In this document: one piece after another, positions 11,332-20,681 of the stretch
How the letters are laid out: each line of letters begins with the position of its first letter
Position numbering within the stretch: position 1 is the stretch's first letter
NCBI GenBank assembly: GCA_965644495.1
Contig: CBFFSA010000006.1
Coordinates: 682,001 to 746,000, forward strand
Length of the DNA: 64,000 nt
Source: Perkinsela sp. CCAP 1560/9
Taxonomy: Eukaryota > Protista > Euglenozoa: Kinetoplastea
Direction: 5' to 3'
The notes under the pieces: model-generated
Seen by the model: only the letters and a program-made list of their open reading frames with translations
Database searches by the model: none
Told to the model about the DNA's origin: nothing
Program-made: the position numbers and the translations under genes

Positions 11332-12711
11332 ATGCGAGGCATCGGCTATACAATTTTTAGCAATTTCTTCACCGCGCTTACCCTTTTTTTCACGCTTCTT
11401 TTGAAGAGGTCCATTCCCGGTATTAGGTCTTCTGTACACCACGTTTCTCTAGCATCGATACACGCCTTAGTGGACTCCAATATCCACCTTGGTTTCGTAA
11501 GAAAGACCCATGATCCCATTGCACCCTCTTCTTCCCCCATTTCCTTGAGTTCCAATCCCTTTGGCGGGTTCGGACCGCACGATCTCATCGACTTTAGCGG
11601 TATCCTCTCTGATCGCCTCGAGCCAACTTCCCCATCTGATTCCACAAACCCCCCATCAACCTCTCCAAGCTTTTCCTTTTCGGGAGGTCTCACCAACGCG
11701 TTCTGCATAAGCGGGCCACTAGCCGGCGACGACTGGTCGGCCAATTTCACGGCTGCCACAACGGCCGTGGGGACGCAATTCTCCGATCTGTTCACTCGCA
11801 TGCACTCCATGGCTGAGATCCTCCGACGTGTCGTGCAGGCTGAGATCACCGCGATGCACGGGGAGCGTAACGAGACCTACGTGGGGTACGAGCCCCTGGT
11901 GGCTCGCATGCTTGCCGCCTTCGCACAGCTTTCCTATTGTGACCTGTCCCGTCTGAACCGGCTCGTGGCCAATCCCATGGACGGGGTTGACTTCTCCCAC
12001 CTCTCGTTTGTTCGGTCGTGGGAGTGGTCCGAGGCGGGGATGGGGGCGTATGTCGCGCTGGAGCAGCTCCACGATCAGGTTCATCACCGGCTCGTGCTGG
12101 CGTTTCGGGGGAGTGAGAATTTTCAGAACTGGTTCACCAACCTTAACGTTTTCTTTACGACGTTGGAGGCCTGCGATGGGTGCAGAGTGCACGCTGGGTT
12201 TCAAAATATGTGGGATCAAATACGAAAGGATGTGATTGGGGCACTGAATGATATTCTGGATGAGGAGAACATTCGAGAGTTTCTAATAACCGGGCACAGC
12301 TTGGGAGGTGCGATAGCCGTACTCGCGAGTCTAGATTTGGTTCACATGTGGGATAGAAAGGCAAAGCCACGGTCGGGATTCCGCGTGTATACCTTTGGTC
12401 AACCCCGTGTGGGCAACATGCCTTTCGCGAGACATTGTAAGGAGGAATTGTCAGGCCGTGCTTTTCGCGTCACAAGGGAAGGAGATCCAATTGTTCGACT
12501 CCCTGGGCAATCACTGGGTTACCACCACGCTCCGCATGAGGTATACTACGACAGCACTGGCCAACGTTACGAAAGCAACGATCTTCAGCGTGACGAAGAG
12601 GAGGAAGAAGGGCTCGGATTGAGTAACCCGTACTTTAACCCACTCAAATACGACCCTATTGGTAGTCATGTGAATTACTTTGGGCTTCAGATTTCTCAAT
12701 GTGTCACTTAG
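11332..12711 (+). CDS. Class 3 (triacylglycerol) lipase with N-terminal signal/TM
   Basis: LAFRGS, VHAGF, TGHSLGGA nucleophile motif, YTFGQPRVGN, DPIVRLP, C-terminal catalytic His (HVNYFG). Confidence 0.92.
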   Translation: MRGIGYTIFSNFFTALTLFFTLLLKRSIPGIRSSVHHVSLASIHALVDSNIHLGFVRKTHDPIAPSSSPISLSSNPFGGFGPHDLIDFSGILSDRLEPTSPSDSTNPPSTSPSFSFSGGLTNAFCISGPLAGDDWSANFTAATTAVGTQFSDLFTRMHSMAEILRRVVQAEITAMHGERNETYVGYEPLVARMLAAFAQLSYCDLSRLNRLVANPMDGVDFSHLSFVRSWEWSEAGMGAYVALEQLHDQVHHRLVLAFRGSENFQNWFTNLNVFFTTLEACDGCRVHAGFQNMWDQIRKDVIGALNDILDEENIREFLITGHSLGGAIAVLASLDLVHMWDRKAKPRSGFRVYTFGQPRVGNMPFARHCKEELSGRAFRVTREGDPIVRLPGQSLGYHHAPHEVYYDSTGQRYESNDLQRDEEEEEGLGLSNPYFNPLKYDPIGSHVNYFGLQISQCVT

Positions 12712-13097
12712 AGTATTCCGTTATTTTGGTTGATCGTGTATGGCACACATCTCATTTTTTGGAGCCGGTCAGAGACTGGTCTTTGCTTGCTTTTCTTTTT
12801 TTTAGAGCCGTTAGAGTCTAGCGGTTAGACGATTAGATTGGGCATCTGCATAATTTACTGCAATCAGTTTAATCAGATCAACGATTTGTCACACCTTTCT
12901 CGTGATACAAAGTCGCTGTCAAATGCGACAAAGCTATTTAGGATCCCATTTTCACTACTTTCTATTTGTTAAATAGGCGGGGACATATTTTTTTTATTCT
13001 TCCTATTCATGAAAGTAAATAGTGACGTCCTAAAGCGACCCAAATAGTGCTGACCTAAAGCTAAGTAGTCTACACTTGTTTTAGCTGGAGTTGGAAC

Positions 13098-14849
13098 ATG
13101 GTGCACTTTAGAGATACTTTTACGGAGGAGGTCTTGGAAGAAGTACGCGAAAAGCGCGAAAAAGTCTCAAGTTTATCTGTGGACGAGTTTTGCGAAATGC
13201 ATCGCATACAGTTACGCTCTTCTCATCCTTTCTTTTATCCTCCACTGCATCATGAATCGTACTCTTCGTTAAACATGCCGGCATTCCTTTGTGGCGACTT
13301 TTCGAAGCAACTGACATCTGACGAAGTAGGAACTGATCACGCTCCTAGTTTCTCAGAGAGTGCGATCTGGCCGTTGATTCTTACAGGGTCCAGTCTAGCG
13401 ATCATTGCTGATCATAGATTTGATCCTCAAATTATTTTTCCACCTACTGTCCTTCATGTGCTAAGTCAACCTCTTGTAGAGCACGGGGAAAGTCCCAGAG
13501 TGGTGTACTTTGTCTCGACATGTGCTCGTGTTGAACCCGTTGTTTATAACCTACGTCGGCTCGGTGAAGCCAGTAAGGTAACCGTGCAGGGAATAAGCTC
13601 GCTGTCGTCAGACATATTCACCGAGGATCATCGGTGTCCTGATATCATTGTGGGTACCCCGGGCCTTTTGAAATATTTTCAAAGCGAGCTTTGTGAGATG
13701 AATCGCATTTCCTTGGTAATCATAGAGAATTTTAACTATCATGTGTCAATCGGGCATCTAGAAGAATACATTACCTCGGTTGTACAGAAAAGATGCGCAT
13801 CAGATGCTCAAGTTGTTGCTATTGACAACTTGGATAACGTGGATTTGCAATTTATTCCAAGGTTTAAGAAGCGCGAATCAAAAACAAATTATTTTCTACC
13901 GGAACAAGCATTCGCGGAGTTCTTTGGGTCCTTTCCTTTCATTGAAGTTCGCTTTAGTGAGCAAAATCATATCATAGAAAGCAAATCAACGGATCACAAT
14001 AGCGCGAAAGGCGAAAAATCTGCTATTGGCTCCATTTCAGTTTCGAAGTCTGGCGATGCAAAAAGTGGATATCTTAAGCATTATTCGAAGCATCCTAGTC
14101 GCTTTCTTGTTCTAACAAACTTGGTATCACCGGGCTTTCAACCTCTTGCCTTAGATCTAGGCTTGCAGTGCTCAACTGCACTATTTTATCGGTTTCTAAT
14201 TCAGGGAAACAACGAAATTAAAAGTCTTGTTCTTGACGTTAAAAATTTGGATAAATGTAAACGAAGTTCTAAGGCCTCATCCGCAGATGCTGCTTCATTC
14301 CTGTTTGCTTGCATTATAGATTTTGGAAACTATAACACGGATTCTGCACTTGTTTCTTACCGGCGTCTGCATGGCAGTCTGTATAACAATCGCGTAGTTT
14401 CTGCATACTTTGCCAGTATTGAAGATGAAATATATGGACCTCAAGGTGCTCATGATCAATCTTCTACACGACATCTTAACTCAATAAATTTGCTCAACGG
14501 GACGGATTTATTTAATCTTCCCTATCTTTATCCTCACAGGGTAGTTCGTGTACAATTTAAAAATGAAGGTCGGCATGTATCAGCTTCTTTCCAACATGAA
14601 ATCACTCGAGAACTTGAGATTTACGGTAAGATAAGAAAGGTACTCTTTTTAAAAACAACAACAGACTCTTTCGCACAAAGTGCAGAATCAGGTACGGGAT
14701 ATGTTTTAGTCGAATATCAATCCATACTCTCTGCGCATGAGAGCATACGATGCATAAATGGGAATGTGAACACGAGTTCACTTATTCGGTCGACTTTGTA
14801 TGACCACCAACGATACCTTCGAGGTGATCTAAGCGCAAGTGATAAGTAG
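13098..14849 (+). CDS. Degenerate DEAD-box RecA1 domain fused to C-terminal RRM/UHM domain(s)
   Basis: HVLSQPLVEHGESPRVV and DIIVGTPG follow the DEAD-box template, but motif I (GKT) is absent and DEAD reads IENFN. C-terminal EITRELEIYGKIRKV...GYVLVEY...ING is UHM-like. Confidence 0.65.
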   Translation: MVHFRDTFTEEVLEEVREKREKVSSLSVDEFCEMHRIQLRSSHPFFYPPLHHESYSSLNMPAFLCGDFSKQLTSDEVGTDHAPSFSESAIWPLILTGSSLAIIADHRFDPQIIFPPTVLHVLSQPLVEHGESPRVVYFVSTCARVEPVVYNLRRLGEASKVTVQGISSLSSDIFTEDHRCPDIIVGTPGLLKYFQSELCEMNRISLVIIENFNYHVSIGHLEEYITSVVQKRCASDAQVVAIDNLDNVDLQFIPRFKKRESKTNYFLPEQAFAEFFGSFPFIEVRFSEQNHIIESKSTDHNSAKGEKSAIGSISVSKSGDAKSGYLKHYSKHPSRFLVLTNLVSPGFQPLALDLGLQCSTALFYRFLIQGNNEIKSLVLDVKNLDKCKRSSKASSADAASFLFACIIDFGNYNTDSALVSYRRLHGSLYNNRVVSAYFASIEDEIYGPQGAHDQSSTRHLNSINLLNGTDLFNLPYLYPHRVVRVQFKNEGRHVSASFQHEITRELEIYGKIRKVLFLKTTTDSFAQSAESGTGYVLVEYQSILSAHESIRCINGNVNTSSLIRSTLYDHQRYLRGDLSASDK

Positions 14850-14907
14850 GAAACTATACCTCTGAGGTTTTTCAGAGGCTATTACATTGTAAAGAAATTT
14901 AGGATTA

Positions 14908-15641
14908 ATGCCATCGAAAATGTACCCCAAAATCGATTTTTTTGATTTTTTTATAGTTTTCATTCTATCATTCATTTCTTCACCCCAGATTCATATTCTG
15001 GTGCCTTTGCAACGTTTTTTCACCCATTTTTACATGCTTTCGCTTACCTAGTTTATCGTCAATACCTAAGTTCCGACGTCAAAAAAGTTTCTTTTTTCGG
15101 AATTTCTTCGGTTTCGCTCACTCTTACTTCGTTCTTAAGAACGAAGTACTGGTGTTTGCAGCAATTGCTTCAGTCTTCCCTCTGGGCAAGTGCATGTACT
15201 CGGTCTTCCGCCCTATGTTTCTCCTCGCACCATGTACTGACATATCCCTTCCTGTATATCCGTCTGAAACGTCGCTATCGTGCTTTTGAAAGAGAATAGA
15301 AGTACATTGTGCGATGAGAAACTGATCGACCATACGCAATCTACATAGAGGGAAAGCACGACTAAGTGCACTTGCCCTGATGGAAGGCGAGGCAATCACT
15401 GCAAGCACCAGTACTTCATTCTTATGAACGAAGTAAGAGTGAACGAACCCGATGAAATTCCAAAAAAAATAGGCTTTTTTAACACCGGATGTTATGCTTT
15501 GAGGATAAACTTGGTAAGAAGAAGTACGTAAAAATCAGTGAAAAAACGTTGCAAGGGCACCCCAATATGAATCTGGGGTGAAGAATTGAAAACTATAAAA
15601 AACTTAAAAAAATCGATTTTAGGGTACATTTTCGATGGCAT
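14908..15641. mobile_element. Long foldback element (~330-bp imperfect inverted arms)
   Basis: atgccatcgaaaatgtaccc (14908) pairs with gggtacattttcgatggcat (ends 15641). Arms remain alignable inward to about 15238/15301. Confidence 0.85.
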
Positions 15642-15834
15642 CGAGCCGAATTTTATATTCCTAATAAATGGACATAACAATTTCTTATAAAACAAAATTT
15701 AATAGCTTTTTGAGACGCAATAGTAAAGTTTGTTGTATCAATTTGAAACGTTTTATAGATTATTGATGAAAACGTGTTCGTACTACGCGTACATTAATAG
15801 CAAGGGGTGTACAAAAATATACTAGTTGTGTCGC

Positions 15835-16608
15835 ATGCTGAGAGGCATCACATCCTCGTGGCAGGAAGCACTGCATGTGATGAATCACATGCTCCCTCTT
15901 CCTCGCAGCCTCGCTTCCGGATTGCTTTCGAAAGATTTATATCATCTGACTACGCTTTTATTACAAGCTAAGAAATACGACCTCTTTGCTTCGTTCCGCC
16001 AGGAGTATTTATCTCGCGATGGGGATAAACTTAACAAGTACGATGCTCGCTTGGGTTGCCTTGAAATGATTCGAGCTAGTGGTGATGTTGGTCGCGCGTA
16101 CCCCGAGGCGCTACAAATCTTTGCAGAGATGACACTATGTGGACTTTCTATTGACAGTGGTATTTACGATATCCTTTTGCGCGCATGTCAGAGAAATCAT
16201 CTTTGGGAAGTCTCTTGTGGCCTCTACGTCGATATTCTACATAGCGGAGACGTGCATAGGCCAAAGCATTTTTCCATCTTAGCTACCACGCTGAGTAAGG
16301 TAGGCAAATGGGAACTTGTTCTTCATGCGGTTTCTGAAAGTGCGAAGCAACGCATGGACCACCATTTGGATGATGTCTGTCTTGGACAAATTCTACAGTG
16401 TACTGCTAATTCACATTCTGGGTGGCGGCACGCGCTGATAGCTGTACTTCCATGGGTGTTAAAACGTTGTCAGAAACCAATGTCTATGGATTTTACCAAA
16501 CTGATAACTTCAACTTCTCATGCACTACACAGCTTTGTGGATCCCCAAAAGATTCTTGAATTTGCCATAGAACAGACTACGCTTAATATGAATTCACAAG
16601 TTGATTAG
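15835..16608 (+). CDS. PPR-like helical repeat protein
   Basis: SWQEAL, YPEALQIFAEM...GLSIDSGIYDILLRAC...WEVS, KWELVL and GWRHAL repeats typical of kinetoplastid PPR-like proteins. Confidence 0.6.
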   Translation: MLRGITSSWQEALHVMNHMLPLPRSLASGLLSKDLYHLTTLLLQAKKYDLFASFRQEYLSRDGDKLNKYDARLGCLEMIRASGDVGRAYPEALQIFAEMTLCGLSIDSGIYDILLRACQRNHLWEVSCGLYVDILHSGDVHRPKHFSILATTLSKVGKWELVLHAVSESAKQRMDHHLDDVCLGQILQCTANSHSGWRHALIAVLPWVLKRCQKPMSMDFTKLITSTSHALHSFVDPQKILEFAIEQTTLNMNSQVD

Positions 16609-17362
16609 GGAACTTTACTGGGAACGTTCCTTGTGATATCTACATACAGCGACAAATGTTGTCCCTATTCTATACTATTTTCCCTTTCATAAATAATTAC
16701 TAGTATAATTACTAGTAGCATCATAATTATTTATGAACGGGCGAGTAGCAGTTCCACATTTTTATGGGCCACACTGAGGCGTTTCTTGTTGGACCTTTTT
16801 TCTCAAAAAAAAACAGATGTCGAAGGCTTGTTTCGGAGCGCTTGCGAAGGCTCATCTTTACAAGTTCAAAGATTCTGTGAGATTAAACTCTTAGTTTTCG
16901 AATACTGCTTACCCTTACACTTCGTCAAAGTGTTACTCAAAGTCTTTGAGTAAGGAGTAAACTACTTTTATGGAATTAACTTAAGCTAAAGTTATTTAAT
17001 TATCAGTTCTACCCTCTACACCTGTATGCACCTTACACCTGCATCGCATCTTTACACTGTACTGGATACTTGAACTCAATACCCATTATTTAGTTACTCC
17101 AATAAAATTACCCCATCATCGGAACAATGGGGTTGAAATTTACATTAACATTCTAGTATATTGTTACAGGGCATATTGTTATAGGGTCCGAGAAAACTCC
17201 TTCTCCACAATGATCTTTTGTTTTGTGGCCCCAAGTGCCTCAGTATGTAGCGTAGTACAAATCCTTTCTCCAATTTCTTATGTGTTTCTATTATATCTCT
17301 ATTATGTTTTTCGAACATTTGCTTAAATCGATTACTTACTTTCGTTATTAGATTCACGTATC

Positions 17363-17842
17363 ATGTATCAATCCCGGAAGAATACTAACATAAACAAGCA
17401 CAAGTTTTATCATCCCGGAACAGCTCGAAATCAACAAAAGCTAGAAAATGCGGAGCACGATCAGCTTGAAAAACTTCGACATGATGCAGAGCGCCAAAAT
17501 CATATTGAGAAAGAAAGGGCTGAAATACAATTGCTGGCAATTGTTGATCCTGAAGCTGCTAAGAAAAAAGAACTACAATGGATGTATGAAGATTGGTCGT
17601 TTTCAAAGTCTGCTGACAATTCACTAGTATCCAACTCCTCTTTGCAAAAAAATACAACAAGCAATACTTCAAATACATCGCGCAGCACGACTTCTTCATT
17701 ATCCATGCATTCTAATCGACGCGATTTAAAGCACTCTGAAGGAGGTGCACAACGTGACATTGATCGCAAAAGTAAATTGATGGAGGATCCAATGGCGCTG
17801 ATTTACGCCATGCGGGATCGTCAAACGTACGGCTCATTTTGA
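17363..17842 (+). CDS. CWC25: CWC25/CIR N-terminal domain splicing factor
   Basis: NINKHKFYHPGTARNQQKL..AE, LQWMYE and KLMEDPM match the CWC25 template. Confidence 0.75.
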   Translation: MYQSRKNTNINKHKFYHPGTARNQQKLENAEHDQLEKLRHDAERQNHIEKERAEIQLLAIVDPEAAKKKELQWMYEDWSFSKSADNSLVSNSSLQKNTTSNTSNTSRSTTSSLSMHSNRRDLKHSEGGAQRDIDRKSKLMEDPMALIYAMRDRQTYGSF

Positions 17843-18029
17843 GGCTCACCTCACAAAATAACTTCTGCAAGTAATGTATTTTTTTGTCCTTTTACGAGGA
17901 TAATACAGTATCAATAATTATCGAGTCTTACCTACATACAAAGTAGTCCTGTAGTCTTTGCATAGTGTATTTTTATCATATATTTTTCAAACCTCAGTTT
18001 TAATAGGTGCATAGTATGTGCACGGATCA

Positions 18030-20318
18030 ATGACTGACTCATTAGATCAAGCTAAGAAAGATGTACGCATACCTCAAATTTCGAAAGTTGAGCAGCAACT
18101 GAGTAGTAAAGCCCAGTGTTCTGCATCCAATAAGTCGGACGATGTAATAGGAGCACCCTGCAGTGACGGCGAGGATGAAGATGATTACGCCGCGTCTTTT
18201 CAAGAAATTCTTAACAATTTGCGTCACGAAAGTCAGGAGGACGCGCTCTCCTCTAAAACAGCACAAGAAGAAAGATTTCCCCAATATTCCAATACTTTCG
18301 CGCCCTTGAGAGATGCACGAGCTACAAAGCTACGTGAGCTAAATTGTTTAGATCACTCTAAAATTAAATATTTAGCAATACGGAAAGATATATACGTACC
18401 TTCGCCTGATATTTCAACACTTTCTGATCAAGATGTTCGAGCGACACTAGAGGAGATGGATCATACTAAAATAAAAGGCACAAATCCACAGCGACCTATC
18501 GCTAAATGGTATCAATGTGGCTTTGACGAAACGATTACGCGCACCTTGGCTGATCTGGGGTACCAGGAGCCATTTCCTGTACAAAGAGCATGTATACCAT
18601 GTCTACTTTCGGGTCGTGATTTGATGTGCCTGGCCCAGACGGGAAGCGGTAAGACACTCGCATACTGTCTTCCTATGTTACGACACGTTCGTACGCAACC
18701 TCCCCTTGAATTGCACGAAGGGCCGATCGCACTGATTTTGGTTTGTACCCGTGAACTTGCACAACAAATAGGTAAATGTCTAGAGTCTTTCTGCGTTGCC
18801 TTGAAATTCAAGTTATGCGTCACCTTTGGTGGAGAAAGTGTTTCAAAAGATATCTCTAGTGTACGAGAGGGATGTCATATTATAGTGTGCACTCCTGGGC
18901 GCCTTATGGAATTGCTAGTTGCCAATCGTGGAAAGGTTCTTAGCCTGCGACGCACCTCATTCGTCGTTTTGGATGAAGCTGATCGGCTTTTTGATGAAGG
19001 CTTTGGTATTCAAATAAGAAAAATTTTTGATAGCGTTCGTCCCGATCGTCAGTGTGCCATGTTTTCTGCTACAATGCCGAGTTTTATTCAACGTGCTGCA
19101 AAGCGCTTTCTTATGGATCCGTTATGGGTTTCTGTAGGATCTCGCATTAGTGTTTCGAAAAATGTTATTCAGGCTGTGGAATGTTTTGAGAAAGATGAAG
19201 AACGATTTCTCCGTCTTTTGGAATTACTAGGCGATCATGTAAATAAAAATTGTCTAGTTCTTGTTTTTGTTGAAAGAAAGTCCCATGTAGAAGATCTGCA
19301 TCTTCATTTACAAAAATTTGGATATGATTGTGCTAGTTTACATTCTGGAATGGACTCCGTGGATCGAAAAATATCTTTACAAGATTTTAACCGCACCGGT
19401 GATCGTTTTGCTAAAGCGGTTCTAATTGCAACTGGTGTTGCGGCACGTGGACTTGATTTATTAAATTTAGATCTCGTAATTAACTACACAACGCCTCCCT
19501 GCTTGGAAGAATATATTCATCGGGTAGGACGCACAGGACGAGCGGGTAAGAAGGGAAATGCAGTAACTTTTCTGCTGCACTCCGACGATGCGAAACATGC
19601 TATTTACCTGCAACAAGCATTGCGTTCCAGCGATCACAATGTGCCTGAATGGCTTGAAGCGATGGCTGCGGAGGAATACGCCAAAGTCCATCCTGATTCC
19701 AAGGGTGTGGTAGTCTGGAATCCCATCGATTCGCAGTCACATTATGGAGGCCGGGGATACAAGTTTGATGCAAAAGAATCTCGGAAAGACCGAAAACGGA
19801 AACGAATGGAGCAAAAGGAGCTTATGACTTCGATTGGTCTTGATGAGTCTTCAGACTCTGAAGTTTACACGTCTGATGAAAAGGATGCAGATAAAACGGA
19901 TTGGGACTCTACAACGGATTCTGTAGTTCAAGGAGTCATAGCACGGACCGGTCGAGAGGTTGCTCTTACCACGGGAGATGCTAAAAGCCGAGCTCTCGCC
20001 GTGATTAGCGCCTTAAACGAGATGAGGGCGCAGGAAGAAGCCATGGCTGCCAAAGGTATATTTTTTGCTTCTGTTGATTTAAATGAGTGTAGTTCTCGAA
20101 TTCGACGCAAAGCTACATCCCGACAAGCCTTTGCGGATATTCAAGAAAGGACAACGACAACTATCACCGTACGTGGCGAGTACATGCCTCCCAGTCGACG
20201 TCGGTCGGCAGGCAGGGAGCCTTTGCACCTCCGCATTGAGGGATCTTCGAAGGATGAAGTCCAAAATGCTGCACGCCAAATAAAAGGTTGGATGCTAGAG
20301 AACGAAGATCTCTGGTAA
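18030..20318 (+). CDS. PRP5: DEAD-box RNA helicase Prp5/DDX46
   Basis: AQTGSGKT, TRELAQQI, TPGR, LDEADR, SAT, ARGLD and HRVGRTGR; GGRGYKFD and a C-terminal KH-like region (ITVRGEY...LHLRIEG) are Prp5-type. Confidence 0.88.
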   Translation: MTDSLDQAKKDVRIPQISKVEQQLSSKAQCSASNKSDDVIGAPCSDGEDEDDYAASFQEILNNLRHESQEDALSSKTAQEERFPQYSNTFAPLRDARATKLRELNCLDHSKIKYLAIRKDIYVPSPDISTLSDQDVRATLEEMDHTKIKGTNPQRPIAKWYQCGFDETITRTLADLGYQEPFPVQRACIPCLLSGRDLMCLAQTGSGKTLAYCLPMLRHVRTQPPLELHEGPIALILVCTRELAQQIGKCLESFCVALKFKLCVTFGGESVSKDISSVREGCHIIVCTPGRLMELLVANRGKVLSLRRTSFVVLDEADRLFDEGFGIQIRKIFDSVRPDRQCAMFSATMPSFIQRAAKRFLMDPLWVSVGSRISVSKNVIQAVECFEKDEERFLRLLELLGDHVNKNCLVLVFVERKSHVEDLHLHLQKFGYDCASLHSGMDSVDRKISLQDFNRTGDRFAKAVLIATGVAARGLDLLNLDLVINYTTPPCLEEYIHRVGRTGRAGKKGNAVTFLLHSDDAKHAIYLQQALRSSDHNVPEWLEAMAAEEYAKVHPDSKGVVVWNPIDSQSHYGGRGYKFDAKESRKDRKRKRMEQKELMTSIGLDESSDSEVYTSDEKDADKTDWDSTTDSVVQGVIARTGREVALTTGDAKSRALAVISALNEMRAQEEAMAAKGIFFASVDLNECSSRIRRKATSRQAFADIQERTTTTITVRGEYMPPSRRRSAGREPLHLRIEGSSKDEVQNAARQIKGWMLENEDLW

Positions 20319-20681
20319 TTTTCTTAAGCATATTAATAATTCTTTTATTGCTATTCTTTGCAATGAAACACGATAATTTAGTTGCATCTTCGTTTGTATC
20401 TTCACCTCACCCAGTGCCGTGCAAAGTGGCACTCTCTGAGTCTTGTTTCTGTCATTACATATGTTACCTTACACATTGCCTCTTTTTTTGGTATCAGCGA
20501 TATCATGTAATCTCGTGTATCTTATACTTTGTCTTTTTCATTTATCCAACTTTTACAAGTATCTAGAAAATTGATTGACACACGATCGATACAGGGTACA
20601 AGAACTGACATGGCTATCACTTTCTAAAAATAAACTAAGTAACAGTAATCAGAACTTTTTACTTGTTCAAGCACTCCATTT

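Noticed and set aside
11346-12219. Long antisense ORFs inside the lipase and other GC-richer genes
   Set aside because: Shadow ORFs of real + strand genes in locally GC-rich coding sequence.
15124-15695. Minus-strand ORFs in the foldback
   Set aside because: Short, within a palindrome, no recognisable domains.
16609-16953. Possible read-through or frameshifted continuation of the PPR-like gene
   Set aside because: An in-frame stretch (16693-16953) exists but is separated by two stops, and no recoding signal is evident; cannot be supported.
13098-20318. Functional clustering of splicing genes (pseudo-helicase-UHM, CWC25, PRP5)
   Set aside because: Gene order in polycistronic units is generally not functional, and three neighbours could be chance; synteny data would be needed.
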